From: a virus
Direction: 5' to 3' (one strand)
Length of the DNA stretch: 64,000 bases
IMG/VR virus record: IMGVR_UViG_3300045988_075249
Span: 64,001 to 128,000 of that record
Shown piece by piece: positions 11,236-22,591 of this stretch. The notes beneath the pieces were generated by a model. The model did no database searches. It worked only from the letters and a program-made list of their open reading frames with translations, and had not been told where the DNA came from. Within the stretch, counting starts at the first letter, position 1; each line of letters begins with the position of its first letter. Made by a program: the position numbers and the translations under genes.

Positions 11236-11877
11236 TTAATTACTACTTCCACCACCGCCAGAAGTAATTGTAGCAGAGTCAATAATTTTATATGCTATAA
11301 CTTGACTATTATTATTTATCTGTATAGCACCTAATGCTTTGTATGCAGACTAAGGAGTAATTTTAAGTCCTGAAGGAGAGCCGCCGTTTATAGTTAAAAT
11401 ACTATTTTTTATTACTTTATAATTATTTTTCTACACTACCCATACTGACATTGGTGCATTTTCATGTTCTATTATTACTGTGCATCCACTTATGCCTGAT
11501 AATGATTCAAATGTAATATCTACTGTTTCTATTGGAGTTTCAGTCTCAATTTGACTTATATTTTCTGCCATCTATTGAAAGCTATCGGTCGCCGCAGTTT
11601 CTATTCCCTTGTCAGTGACTGCGGTCGCTATTAGGGTTTTGCCCTCACTGACATCTGTAAAAAGTTCATCTATGGCCTCCTAAACATTGGTAGCGGCCAT
11701 GCTCGAGGTGCTATTGTTATACTCTATCAACGATGCAGTTAGACTTTCATTTTCTTCTTCATCAAATTCGATAGTGTAAGGTCCAACTCCCAAAGATTCT
11801 CCCATTTCTGCAATACCACCGCCCGGCACAGTAATGGCATCTTTGTTCTTAACCTATCCAGTTAAAATACATTCCAT
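11236..11877 (-). CDS. Hypothetical virion or fibre-associated protein. ~6 TAGs.
   Basis: RBS aaaggag plus ATG 11877. 642 nt = 214 codons to TAA 11236-11238. Confidence 0.5.
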
Positions 11878-11995
11878 GAAAATTTCTCCTTTCATTTTTA
11901 AAAAAGTACACTTTACTGAACTTGGTCAAACATATATAATCAATCTATACTCTTTTTCAAGTATATTTGAAAAGAGTAAGATACTCACTTTTGGG

Positions 11996-12030
11996 AAAAG
12001 GGTTTCTTACCCTTTTCCCAATTTTTTGTT
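11996..12030 (+). terminator. Strong hairpin gggaaaagggtttcttacccttttccc followed by aattttttg, in the divergent intergenic region.
   Basis: 11-bp perfect stem plus T-run seen in sequence. No obvious upstream plus-strand gene, so its role is uncertain. Confidence 0.35.
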
Positions 12031-12194
12031 ATCTAGGAAGAAAAAGTATTTTTCCTGTTAAAAAGTGTACTTTTTCTCGGAAATTGTTTATGGCTTTCTA
12101 AAAGACTGGAGCGAAGATCGCTTCCATCCTCGACCTTCTATCTAGTAGTTTAGATTTGTTTGAAACAATAGCTAGATAGAAGGAGGTAAATAAT

Positions 12195-13961
12195 TTGCCT
12201 AAATGTATTTTAGCTGAATAGGGTGGAAAAGGTGGAGGTTCTCTTTCTCTTATAAAAATTGAAGTAACCACTCCCCCTATTAAAACGAGCTATCTTGCTG
12301 GTGACACTTTTAATCCCGCGGGAATGGTAGTCACCGCATCTTACGGCATGGACGGCGTTATTGTAACAACAGCAGAAGTAACTGGGTATCAAGTTACTCC
12401 AAACCCTTTAACTGATGGGGTTACTAAAGTAACAATTACTTACTCTGAATTAGGAGAAACTTGTTAGACCACTCAAGACATTACTGTTATTCATAAACTT
12501 CTTAGTATTTAGGTTACTACTAACCCAACTAAGACAACTTATGAATATGGAGACACTCTCCAAACAACAGGAATGGTAGTTACAGCAAGTTATTCTGATA
12601 GTACATCATCCGCGGTTACCGGGTATAGTTGCTCTCCAACGTCATTAACTGCGGTTGGCACCTAGAAAATTACTGTTTCTTACACAGAAAATGGAGTAAC
12701 TCAGTCTGCTTCTTTCAGTGTTACTGTTGAAAGAAAATCGGTGCCGAAACCAACATGGAAGAATAATCTTACCTATACTGGTAGTAGCCAATCAGTAAGT
12801 GGTGCTTCCTATTGGAATAACTTTAATACCACTTATATGACGATTGGCGGGACAACTTCCGCGACTAACGCTGGAACCTATACTGCTACTTTCACACTAA
12901 ATAGTAATTATAGATGGGCTGATGGAACTACATCAAATCTTGATGTAAACTGGACTATCAATAAAGCTGCTGGGACTTTAACAGTAAGTCCAACTTCTGT
13001 AGCTCTTGATGGAGATAACTATAGTGCAGGCGTAAAAGTTACTATTACCCGTCCTGGAGATGGAGCTATTAGTTATAGCCCAACTAGCGTTTCTGGCTTA
13101 ACTTTATCTTTAAGTGGGAACGTTCTTACAATTAAAGGCGACGGTAGTACAGCTATTTCTTCTACAACTATTACTATCAAGGTTGCAGCAGGAACTAACT
13201 ATACGGCTCCAAGTAATAAAACTGTTACAGTAACAGCTAGCTATTGGGAGTGGGGATCTGAAACTGCTGTTGGTGATGCTAAATGGTGGGCTGGATTAAA
13301 AACATGGGCCGCTAAGGCATCATCTGGAGAGCGACAAAATTGCGTAGGTAAGACTAAAAGAGTAAGTTTATCATCTTCTGTTTTAGGTGGTAATCAAGTA
13401 TTAATGAGATGCGTTGGCGCAGATTAGGATGGAACAGGAACTTTAGCTTTTAATGCTGTCTCCGCTCTTCCTAATTCTACAGATTTTGGTAGCAATGCAG
13501 TATGGATTGGATCAACTGCTAGAGATCTATGTCAAGATTTCTATAACCGCTGTAGCGCGAAAGATTCTATTAAGACAGTAAAGAAGGGTACTTGTCCTAG
13601 TACAAATAGCTCTAGAAATGGTTCTGTAACCTATAATGATGAAACAGTATTCTTATTATCCGAAAGAGAATACGGATTAGATTCTTACTCTCCTATCTCC
13701 ACTTCAAACAGTACTACCTCTAAAGCAGAGTGTACTCAAGGTTATAATGCTGCGTATAGTTACTACATAAGCAACTCTAGAAGGGTTATGTACTTAGGAG
13801 ATGCAAACGGTAATCCAACTAGCTCATATGCGTATCAATGGGAGAGGTCCCGTGACTACTACACCTCGGGCTACGTTTGCTTTGTCAACGCCGATGGGTC
13901 TGCGAGCTTCAACCGCTACGACCTCAGCGGCGGGCTCGCGCCGGCTTTCGTTATCGGATAA
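12195..13961 (+). CDS. DGR target protein: tail fibre/receptor-binding protein with N-terminal Ig-like repeats and a C-terminal variable lectin-like domain. ~5 TAGs.
   Basis: RBS aaggaggtaaata plus TTG 12195. 1767 nt = 589 codons to TAA 13959-13961. Track ORF 12741..13427 is an internal piece. C-terminus ..QWERSRDYYTSGYVCFVNADGSASFNRYDLSGGLAPAFVIG carries the VR. Confidence 0.75.
13846..13944 (+). repeat. DGR variable repeat (VR) at the 3' end of the target gene. GC-rich 3' end (gggctcgcgccgg, IMH-like). A GTTATC-G-GATAAC palindrome lies just downstream (13951-13963).
   Basis: 99 nt aligned to TR 14569-14667. Every one of ~22 mismatches sits at an A in TR. Confidence 0.85.
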
Positions 13962-14042
13962 CACAATAAAATAACAATTCGGGACAGTTAAGATTAAATT
14001 GTCCAACTAAAATTTTATATATTCAAGTGAGGGAGATTTTAA

Positions 14043-14537
14043 ATGTCTGTAAAAGTAAAAGATAGACACATATCAAAGCAAGATTGTCTTTATAAAGCAC
14101 GCGACTTAATGGGATATATTTTAGTCTTAACTCGTCCTAGAGAATATGATAAGGATGGAAAACAAATTTGTAAGCCTGGACTGCTTGGAGAGGGTCAACC
14201 TCTTCAAGCGTTCGGGTACGATATAATTAAGTGCGGAAAGGGCTTACATGCTTGCTGTTATGAGGCATGTAAGATAAACTTGAAAGACAAAGAAACCCTT
14301 GCAAAGAGAAATGACTATCATAATAAAGCACTAGAATATTGTGATAGTATATTTCGACAAATCGACCTATGTATTTATTAGTATGCTCAGAACAGCAAAA
14401 AGAAAAGACGCTCTTTTGAACATCTAGCTAGATTGACAAAGAGAGTAAAAGAGTCAATCCAAGATAGAAAAAATAGAGATAAACTTATAACAGAGCATAG
14501 ATATTCAGCTCCTAAGAGATATAGGAGAGGTCGATAA
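14043..14537 (+). CDS. avd: Accessory variability determinant (Avd)-like small basic protein. One TAG.
   Basis: Position between target gene and TR. Small basic ORF. Track ORF 14043..14381 continues past TAG to TAA 14535-14537. Confidence 0.5.
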
Positions 14538-14568
14538 TATTTTTCTACGGTTAAGTTCTGTATCTTTC

Positions 14569-14667
14569 GGTCCCGTAACTACAACAACTCGAACAACGTT
14601 TGCAATGTCAACAACGATGGATCTGCGAACAACAACAACTACAACAACAGCAACGGGCTCGCGCCGG
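14569..14667 (+). repeat. DGR template repeat (TR), A-rich, encoding a run of Asn-like AAC codons.
   Basis: Identical to VR except at adenines. Lies between avd and the RT gene, as in canonical DGRs. Confidence 0.85.
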
Positions 14668-14978
14668 ATTAGATGGAGCTATCATGTTGCGAGTTAAGCT
14701 GCGGAGCAGCGCAAACGAGCAACGCCTAAATAGTACCCCGGAGTATATTATTATCCATCTAATTAAGGTTTACTCTGGATTGCACTCACTTTATGTGGGG
14801 AAGAGATTGAGAGACCATTAAAGAGCTTTGCTCTACAACTATCGAATAATATAATATAGGTAGATCTACCTTTTCATCTAAGGAGAACTTAACCATTTCA
14901 CTGAAAAAGTGGATAAAGTAAGACTGTAGACGTGGAGCTCGAGTAGCTACCACTATAGCTACATGATAAGGAGAAAGT

Positions 14979-16196
14979 ATGTCTGAAATAAAACAAGATA
15001 CTGCTTTCGAGCGTTTTTGTAGTTTTGACGCTATGTATGAGGCGTCTTATAAGGTATGTCGAAACGTTCGATGGAAAGATAGTACAATTAATTTTGAAGA
15101 GAATAGGATAGAAACAATTTTAAAAACAGAAGCTGACCTGCGAGCGTGTGAATACGAACAGCTTGTGTTTAGTTGTTTTTCGATAATCGAACGAGGCAAA
15201 CCAAGAGATATAAGAGCGTGTCATATCAACGACAGACTGGTACAAAATGCGTTATGTGAACAAGTTTTGCTACCAGAATTAACTCCTAGATTTATCTATG
15301 ATAATTGTGCAACCCTAAAAGGAAAGGGAATAGACTTCGCTCTGGAAAGAGTTAAGAAACATCTCCAATAGGCTCATAAAGAGTATGGGTTAGGAAAAGA
15401 TTTTTATGGATTAAGAATTGATATACAGAAATATTTTGATTCTATTGACCATGAATCTTTAAAGAAAGCAGCTAAACGGCTAATAAAAGATAAACTTGTT
15501 TATTAGTTATGTTGTTACTTGATAGATACATTTTCTTTTAAGCTAACAAAAGACACTTCGCCTATACCCGGTAAAATATATTACACAAGTAAGCGACACA
15601 AGTATGAAAGAGTTAATGTTACTCATTTCTAGCCTGGTCGTAAGTATTATGAATATGAAAGAAAGAGCCTGGGATTAGGAAGTCAAACGTCACAATTATT
15701 CGCATTGCTAGCATTGAACGAAATTGACCACTTCATAAAAGAAGAGTTACATATTAAGTATTATGGTCGTTATATGGATGATTTATACTTGCTCCATAAT
15801 GACAGTAAATACTTGGCCGAATGTGAGAAACAAATAGAAATTCGCTTAAATAAACAAGGATTAAAGATGAATAAGAAGAAAACTACTATCACTAGAATTT
15901 CTCCTATTCACGCAGATGGCGAACGCCACGCTCCTTTTAAATATTTAAAGTGGAATTTTCATCTCACAGAAACTAATCATATAATACAACTTCCTTTCAA
16001 GAAAAAAGTAGCTCATCAGCGCAGAAAACTAAAGAAAATGTAGGCTTTATGGTTAGATAATAAAATTTCAACTGAAGAAGTTTAGAAATCTTATTAGGGC
16101 TGGAGGGCGCATATTTCTAAAGGAACTTGCTTTTATATAATTCAGGACATGGACAATTATTTTCGTTCATTATTCAAAGGAGTTGAAATAAAGTAA
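14979..16196 (+). CDS. DGR reverse transcriptase. ~6 TAGs.
   Basis: RT motifs across in-frame TAGs: YGLRIDIQKYFDSIDH, GLGSQTSQLFALLALNEIDHF (DGR-type SQ variant), YGRYMDDLYLL (YxDD). Track ORFs 14979..15371 and 15705..16043 are in the same frame. 1218 nt = 406 codons to TAA 16194-16196. Confidence 0.85.
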
Positions 16197-16858
16197 TGTA
16201 TATTCTATTAAATAGAGAGAATATAGTAGTTGATATTCTTTCAGAAGCACGTTACATTAAACTGCAATCCTCAAATGGTATTGTCGTTGCCTGCGAGGAA
16301 GAAGAGGGAACTGGGGTTATCGGCTCAGATAGTGATACTCATTACACTCTAGTCAAAGCCGATGTATTAAATCAACCTAATGCTGTTACAGTATTAGAGT
16401 TGGAAACAATTCCATCAAACGTCATTCCTAACTATTCAAAGTATAATCAAGAAGATGGTACTTTCATCGCTGATTTAGATTAGGCAAAATATGATAAACA
16501 AGAGGAAAACAAGAAACTATTCGCAGAGTATCTTGCTACCCACCCGTTAACTTGGGTCGATGGAAAAGAATATGGAATTACGTAGGAGGACCAATCTGAG
16601 ATTAGCTTAAATCTCAATCAATTCTAGGTGGCTGTAGCTGCTGAAGTAGAAAATCCTACGCTTGAGTGGCACGCTCGACACGAAGAGTGTGTACCATGGA
16701 CTTTAGAGCAATTATCCGCTCTAAGTTTAGCTATTTCTAATGCGGTATATCCAAAATACCACTTAATGCAAGAATATAAAACCTAGATATTTGGAGCTAA
16801 TTCAATAGATGAATTAAAAGCTATTGAATTGAGTTATGAAGACACAGACAGCGAATAA
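16196..16858 (+). CDS. DUF4376-like protein (phage tail-fibre-associated family). ~4 TAGs.
   Basis: Track ORF 16196..16483 continues through TAGs to TAA 16856-16858 (663 nt = 221 codons). Motif ..LEWHARHEECVPWTLEQLSALSLAISNAVYPKY. Confidence 0.5.
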
Positions 16859-17294
16859 AAATATAATTCTATTCGTAGTAGGAGGAACTCTATATTACAG
16901 TATAGAGTTCCTCTATAAAACTTTTATTAGCCTTGGAGTTTGTCATTGGTCTATGTTTTTGCTAGGTGGCTTATGCTTTCTATTAATTGGACTAATGAAT
17001 GAGAATATTCTTTGGGAAGAATCTATCTTAACTCAAGGAGTAAAAGGATCTTTAATTATAACTGCTTTAGAATTAATTTTTGGATTAGTTTTAAATATAA
17101 GACTAGGTTTAGGTATTTGGGATTATTCTAACATTCCACTTAACTTTATGGGGCAGATTTGCTTGCCCTTCTCTATTGCATGGTTCTTCTTGAGCCTTTT
17201 AGCAATAGTGTTAGATGATTACCTTAGATGGAAATGGTTTGGAGAAGAAAAACCGCATTATCACTTATACAGTAGACCTCCTTGCGAGGAATAA
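16836..17294 (+). CDS. Polytopic membrane protein (CmpB/DUF1113-like).
   Basis: Track ORF, 4 predicted TM helices. Confidence 0.45.
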   Translation: MKTQTANKNIILFVVGGTLYYSIEFLYKTFISLGVCHWSMFLLGGLCFLLIGLMNENILWEESILTQGVKGSLIITALELIFGLVLNIRLGLGIWDYSNIPLNFMGQICLPFSIAWFFLSLLAIVLDDYLRWKWFGEEKPHYHLYSRPPCEE

Positions 17295-17340
17295 AAAAAA
17301 TAGGGAGAACCTTAATTAAAAGGTTCTCCCTATTTTTTTT
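17295..17340. terminator. Bidirectional terminator (agggagaacctt aattaaa aggttctccct with flanking A8/T8 runs).
   Basis: Seen in sequence between convergent gene blocks. Confidence 0.6.
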
Positions 17341-18121
17341 ATTTTACATCAATAATAACAATAGCAATATCGCTTTCTGGTTTATCTTTTGTGTAGAAAG
17401 TGATTCCAGATCCTACAGTTGCATCAGCATGATCAATTTTACTATATTCCTCTAAATTAGAAGTATAAGTAATGATAGGTGGCACATTTCCCGCTTTTCC
17501 GCAAGTTAAAGCAGTATTAGAGTATGTCTATGTATACATATCTCCGTTCAATACCCATGATGCCGCGGCAAGAGTGGTTGTATAAGCTACAGATGTGCTA
17601 CCAGTAATTTGGTTATCTGTTTCTGACTTGCTATATACATCCAAATTAGTTCTGGCTTGCGCGGCTGTCGTGCCTCCAGTTCCTCCAACCTAGATTGGAA
17701 GTGTACCAAATGTAGGTGCACCCGCAGTAATCGCGTATAAAGCACCAGCACCTTGTAAACCAGCCACACCATTTTCCGCATTTCCGATTACTAAACTGCC
17801 GGCTGCAATTTCAATCATTTTTAATGCTTCTGTTCCATTTCCTACTAGCAAAGCATTAACAGTTAATGTATCATGTCCAGTTCCACCCTACGCTACAGTA
17901 GCAGTCATATTTTTAAGAAAAATGTCGTCAATATCAATTTCAGTAACATTATTCTTTAAAACTTGAGCAGCATAGGCATTGACCTGTAGACGTCCGCCCT
18001 CTATATTACTTACATCAATAAATAAATTTCCTGTGTCCTCGCAGAAATAGGCGTATCCTTCATGAAGAGGTACATCATTAAGATCCTCTTCTGCGCCTTT
18101 AAAAATCTTAAATAAAGCCAT
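17339..18121 (-). CDS. Tail fibre protein (GGTGGTTAAQARTNLDVY motif). 3 TAGs.
   Basis: RBS aaggagggcc plus ATG 18121. 783 nt = 261 codons to TAA 17339-17341. Confidence 0.6.
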
Positions 18122-18154
18122 TTTAGGCCCTCCTTTATACTCTCTAAATATAAA

Positions 18155-20065
18155 TTAAGGTATTAAATCACTAAAACTTCCCCAAGATAGTAATTCTTCA
18201 ATCTATGTTGCAGAATATGTCTATCTATCCTTATTTGTAATAGTTCCACCTATTAAGCTATTAATATAGTGAATACTGTAAGTTTTATTTGTTACTTCTC
18301 CACCATCTTCACTATTATAACTATTGTCAATAAGATTAGAAATACCACCGGTTAACTAAACTCTTCCCCACACTCCATCGGCAGCCTTATAATACCAATA
18401 AGAAGTTTCTTGATTGGTTTCATATTCTACCCATGTAATAGAGAAAATATCTTCCGCACTAATTTCTCCGTCATAGTTTTCTTCAATATAATTTACACCA
18501 TTCTATAAAGAATCTTTTAGTGTATCTGTCTCATTTATTGTATAGCTCTTAACAATATTAAGAGCTTCACCAACAGGGCCTTTTAGGTTGCCGGAATTTT
18601 TCTCCCATGTACCAGAAGATTTTAATTCATATATATTTCCGGTTTCTGTATTTAAATATAAATCTCCAGCTTTCGCACCCTCAATAACAGTAGATGTCGT
18701 TGAATCAGAAATCTAAGTTCCAGAGTATAATTTTGATCCTCGAGGAATCTTAAAATCAATATTCATAGTATCATCTGCTGTAATTTTATTGGATACAGAA
18801 CCGGTTTCATCAATTCCAACAAAAGCAAATGAAGTTGTATATTTAACTGCGGAAGGCAGTCCAAAAACTAGTTTCCAAGCGGTTTGCTCCTCGTTGGTAA
18901 ACTCCCTTGTAACTGTAGGAATTGTCGGCTCAAACTCAGAACCTTTATCTGTATATGGCTTTAATTCTGTAACTTCTATAGTAGGAAGAGGGGACTAAAT
19001 ACAAGCTATATACTAAAAAGTGCAAGTGGTTCCAGTTTTATTTATTACTTTATAAATAAAACCAGTTGGTGCATTAATGTAATAATCACCAACATTATAA
19101 TCCGCAAAAGAATCATTAGCTTCTTCGTAAGTCCCTTCTGTCCTCTCGCCTAATAACTCGCCATAATAAAACTTAACCGCTTCTGGTAAACTAAATTTCA
19201 ATACTGGCACATTAATATTCGAATCATCTATTATTACAGATGGGTTCTCCTCGGGTCCCACTACCGTAGTTTCTGGATCTCCCATCACCTAACTTTGAGG
19301 CAAGAAGAAATTAATAATTGGATTGTTTATATCATCAAAATTTATTTCAAATCTAGGTTTTTCATTAGCATCTAAAGTTGTAGTAATACCTTCCTATAAT
19401 GACTAAGATACAGGTAGATAAAACTTAATTGCCGGTTTGTTGATAGAATAATCTCCTGAAACTTCTAAAGATACTCTTGGATTTTCACCTACATCTAATA
19501 ATTCTACTAATGCAGTATTAATTACCTAAGATTGCGGTAAGGACAACTTTAAGCTAGGATTATTTATATCGGTTGTGTCTAAAGACGCTTCTGGAAGTTC
19601 ATTACAATCCAGAATAGTAGTCTCTCCTAACTAGATATTCTAACTCTATGGTAACTGAAAAGTAAGCCAAAGTCTATCTAGATCGGTATTATCCCAAACC
19701 ACGTTTGGATCTTCATCTGCATCCAAGACTTCTGTGTCATTTAAGCTAATTCTTGGTGTATTACCAGTCATGGAAGCTATCATCTTATAGTATAGGCCGC
19801 CCGCAGATCCGCTTCCATCTTTATCATTATAACATTTTTGCCAAAGAGTAGAGTTATAGCTTTTCCCATAATTCTATAAATCTTCATTCTTATAAATATC
19901 ATAGTTTGTATCGCTTGGCAAACCATATGATACAACAACGAGATCACCTGGGAAGATAGAAGATGTCCAACCCTTTGATAAATCTCTATCCATCTAATAT
20001 TTGCTAGTAAAGATTTCCTTAATATCAAAATCTCTACCTTTAGGTCCTCCATAGAAACTTTCCAT
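18155..20065 (-). CDS. Tail/baseplate protein with repeated ..LP(Q/V)SQ.. units. ~13 TAGs.
   Basis: RBS aaggaggtg plus ATG 20065. 1911 nt = 637 codons to TAA 18155-18157. Several track ORFs in this span are other-frame artefacts. Confidence 0.6.
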
Positions 20066-20079
20066 AGTTTGACACCTCC

Positions 20080-20670
20080 TTATACATAGATAAAATCAAT
20101 AATAACATTATACAAATCCTAATAGTTCTCTGGAGCATCAATATTATCAGGATTGGGTAACACATATATACCGTTTACACCCTAATTATACAAACTTAAT
20201 GCTGTCTAATAAGCCTCTATATAGGTAGTCTAAATATTATTATATGAATCCCAGTAAGCTCTATATCCCTCTGGATCTGTATCCGGGTCTGGCATAACTG
20301 GATTTTCTTTATAAAATTGTTCCAAATCGTCTGCTCGTTTTTTATCCGCAGCCTACATTCCTTCAGTTCCCTACTCAATCGCCTACTAGGAGGCTTCTTC
20401 ATCTTTTTCATACTTTCTAGGTCTAATAAAATACATATTAGTAATAGCTATGTCATCATCTAGTTCATATATTCCAGTTCTACCAACCATAATAGTCTTT
20501 GATTCATTCATAACTATTTTTGTGCCGGCAGGAGCCTATACCCCAACTTTATTGAATTGAGAGGCTCCTACCTAGGCAATAATATCACTGAATATATTCT
20601 ACCCACTAGAGACGTAGCTACCACTGTTATTATCTATTACATTATAGTATACTTGACCAACAGTTGGCAT
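20080..20670 (-). CDS. Hypothetical tail protein. ~9 TAGs.
   Basis: RBS aaggaggag plus ATG 20670. 591 nt = 197 codons to TAA 20080-20082. Confidence 0.5.
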
Positions 20671-20686
20671 TATCTCCTACTCCTCC

Positions 20687-22591
20687 TTATACTCTCGTTA
20701 ATACTTCCGTTGCAGTAATGCTCATAGTTCCATTATAAGCAAGAGGCAAAGTAAACTGAGTTATCTAGTAATTTCCACTAATACCACTATTCTTATCTTC
20801 AATGTAGAGAATATTATTCGGCTCCATATAATACTTTGGTAAGCAGGTAATGGATATAGTTGTATTATAATTTAAATTCTAATACAACATTTCTCTAATC
20901 TTATCAAAACAACTTGCATTAGTAGAACTTATTGAAAATAAATCATAGTATTCAGAAGTAAGAACAAAAAATCTCTAACCTATCCCTCGATATTCTGCTA
21001 TCAAGTCCTAATCAAGTCCTTCAATAAAAATAATATCAGGGGCTTCCATATTATATACGGAAGTTATATCAGAACTATTAACCACTTTAGTCCTTCTGCC
21101 TATTTCATTTATTGAATATTTTCCCATCTCTGAACCCGTATCTATAAAATCTAACCAATAGTTCAAATTTTCTGGATTGTTAAAAACATCAGGGTTCCAA
21201 TGATCGTATTCATCCCATTTCTCGTTCAATGGATCATATAAATTACGCCATTCCGCGATTAATTCGGAATCATAGTAGTTATCATATACGCTATTAGTTA
21301 CCTGCGCATTTAATGCTCTACGGTACAGCTCTTCTCGCCACTCATCACATGGAGACCCGATTAATTTTGTTTCATATCCAGATACAGAGTAATCACTAGC
21401 TATATTATTAAAATCATATCTTACTATTAGTCCAGTTTCTTTATCACTAATAGCCCACATATAATACCCAGCCAAATCTATAATAGGTTTGGTATCAATA
21501 GCTAAATGGTATCTAATGTCCACTTCTACATCAGATGTAGTTTTTCTTTTACCCCAAACATAAAAATCATTTTTAATATTATCAAACTTTGGACTGCGGG
21601 TTATCGCAGTCGTGGTATCAAGCTCGGTTAAAGAATATAAGAATTTAGCATTATTATAACTCTTTACATAGTTTGCTGGCGTAAGTTCAGTTAAAGGGCT
21701 TCCAGTATTAAGATAGTTCTTTATCTCCTAAAAGATAAAACGACCGTTTATATCATAGAAATATTCAAAATTTCCAAGAACATCCACTATCTTATCTAGT
21801 AATGCAGTTACAGTATCACCAGCATCTAAAATCAATTCACCGGGATATGTAAATTCTGTTTCTTTATATCCAGCATCCTATCCATAGCTTACCATATGCG
21901 GGAAGTCTGAGCTGGGAGAGAAATCCATACTCTCATAATTATTACTAAAATATACTGGTTTGTCACCAATATACTTAACCAACATTTTACAGGTTTCCTC
22001 TATATCTGTAATAATTATATTCTCTATAGCTTCCCCTCCCCAGTGGTTTACCGCTTCATATATAATCTGGAATATGGTCGGATATACAATCTCTATATCT
22101 CCATCATTCTTCTATATGTAACTTTCATGGAGGGTAATAGAACCTGGAAAGGTACCTCCCGCAGTTCCATCTAATAAACACATCTTATCTTTTCCATCTA
22201 TAGAAATTGTCCATCCAGAAGTCGATCTTGCTATTGATGCATTAGACAAGACAAATAGTCCGCAAGGAAACCAAATTATATCTCCATAACTAGAATAAGA
22301 TCTTAAGGGGTTATTATATCCAACAAACACTTTAACCTTTTTGTTTATCGAAATCTCGTTATCTATATTCTCTATATCGCTATTATTTCCATCGGCTAGC
22401 ATAGTTAAACTAATTGTTCTGCGCACTGAAGATGAACCATTAACACTTAAACTTCCTGCTGTTATGCGACCTTGTATCTCTCTAATAGGTTTTTCATCGA
22501 AAGAAAGCAAAATAATTTTCGCATAATGGGTTTTAATGTTTAACTTATCAAGGGCAGTAAGAAATTCCATATCGTTTAAATAATCAAACAT
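20687..22591 (-). CDS. Baseplate / distal-tail-like protein. ~9 TAGs.
   Basis: Track ORFs 22112..22591 and 21008..21523 are in the same frame. 1905 nt = 635 codons to TAA 20687-20689, traced codon by codon over the last 320 nt. Confidence 0.55.

Larger units (their letters stand above)
12195..16196 (+). mobile_element. Diversity-generating retroelement cassette: target gene with VR, avd-like gene, TR, reverse transcriptase.
   Basis: See component features. TR and VR differ only at TR adenine positions. Confidence 0.85.
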
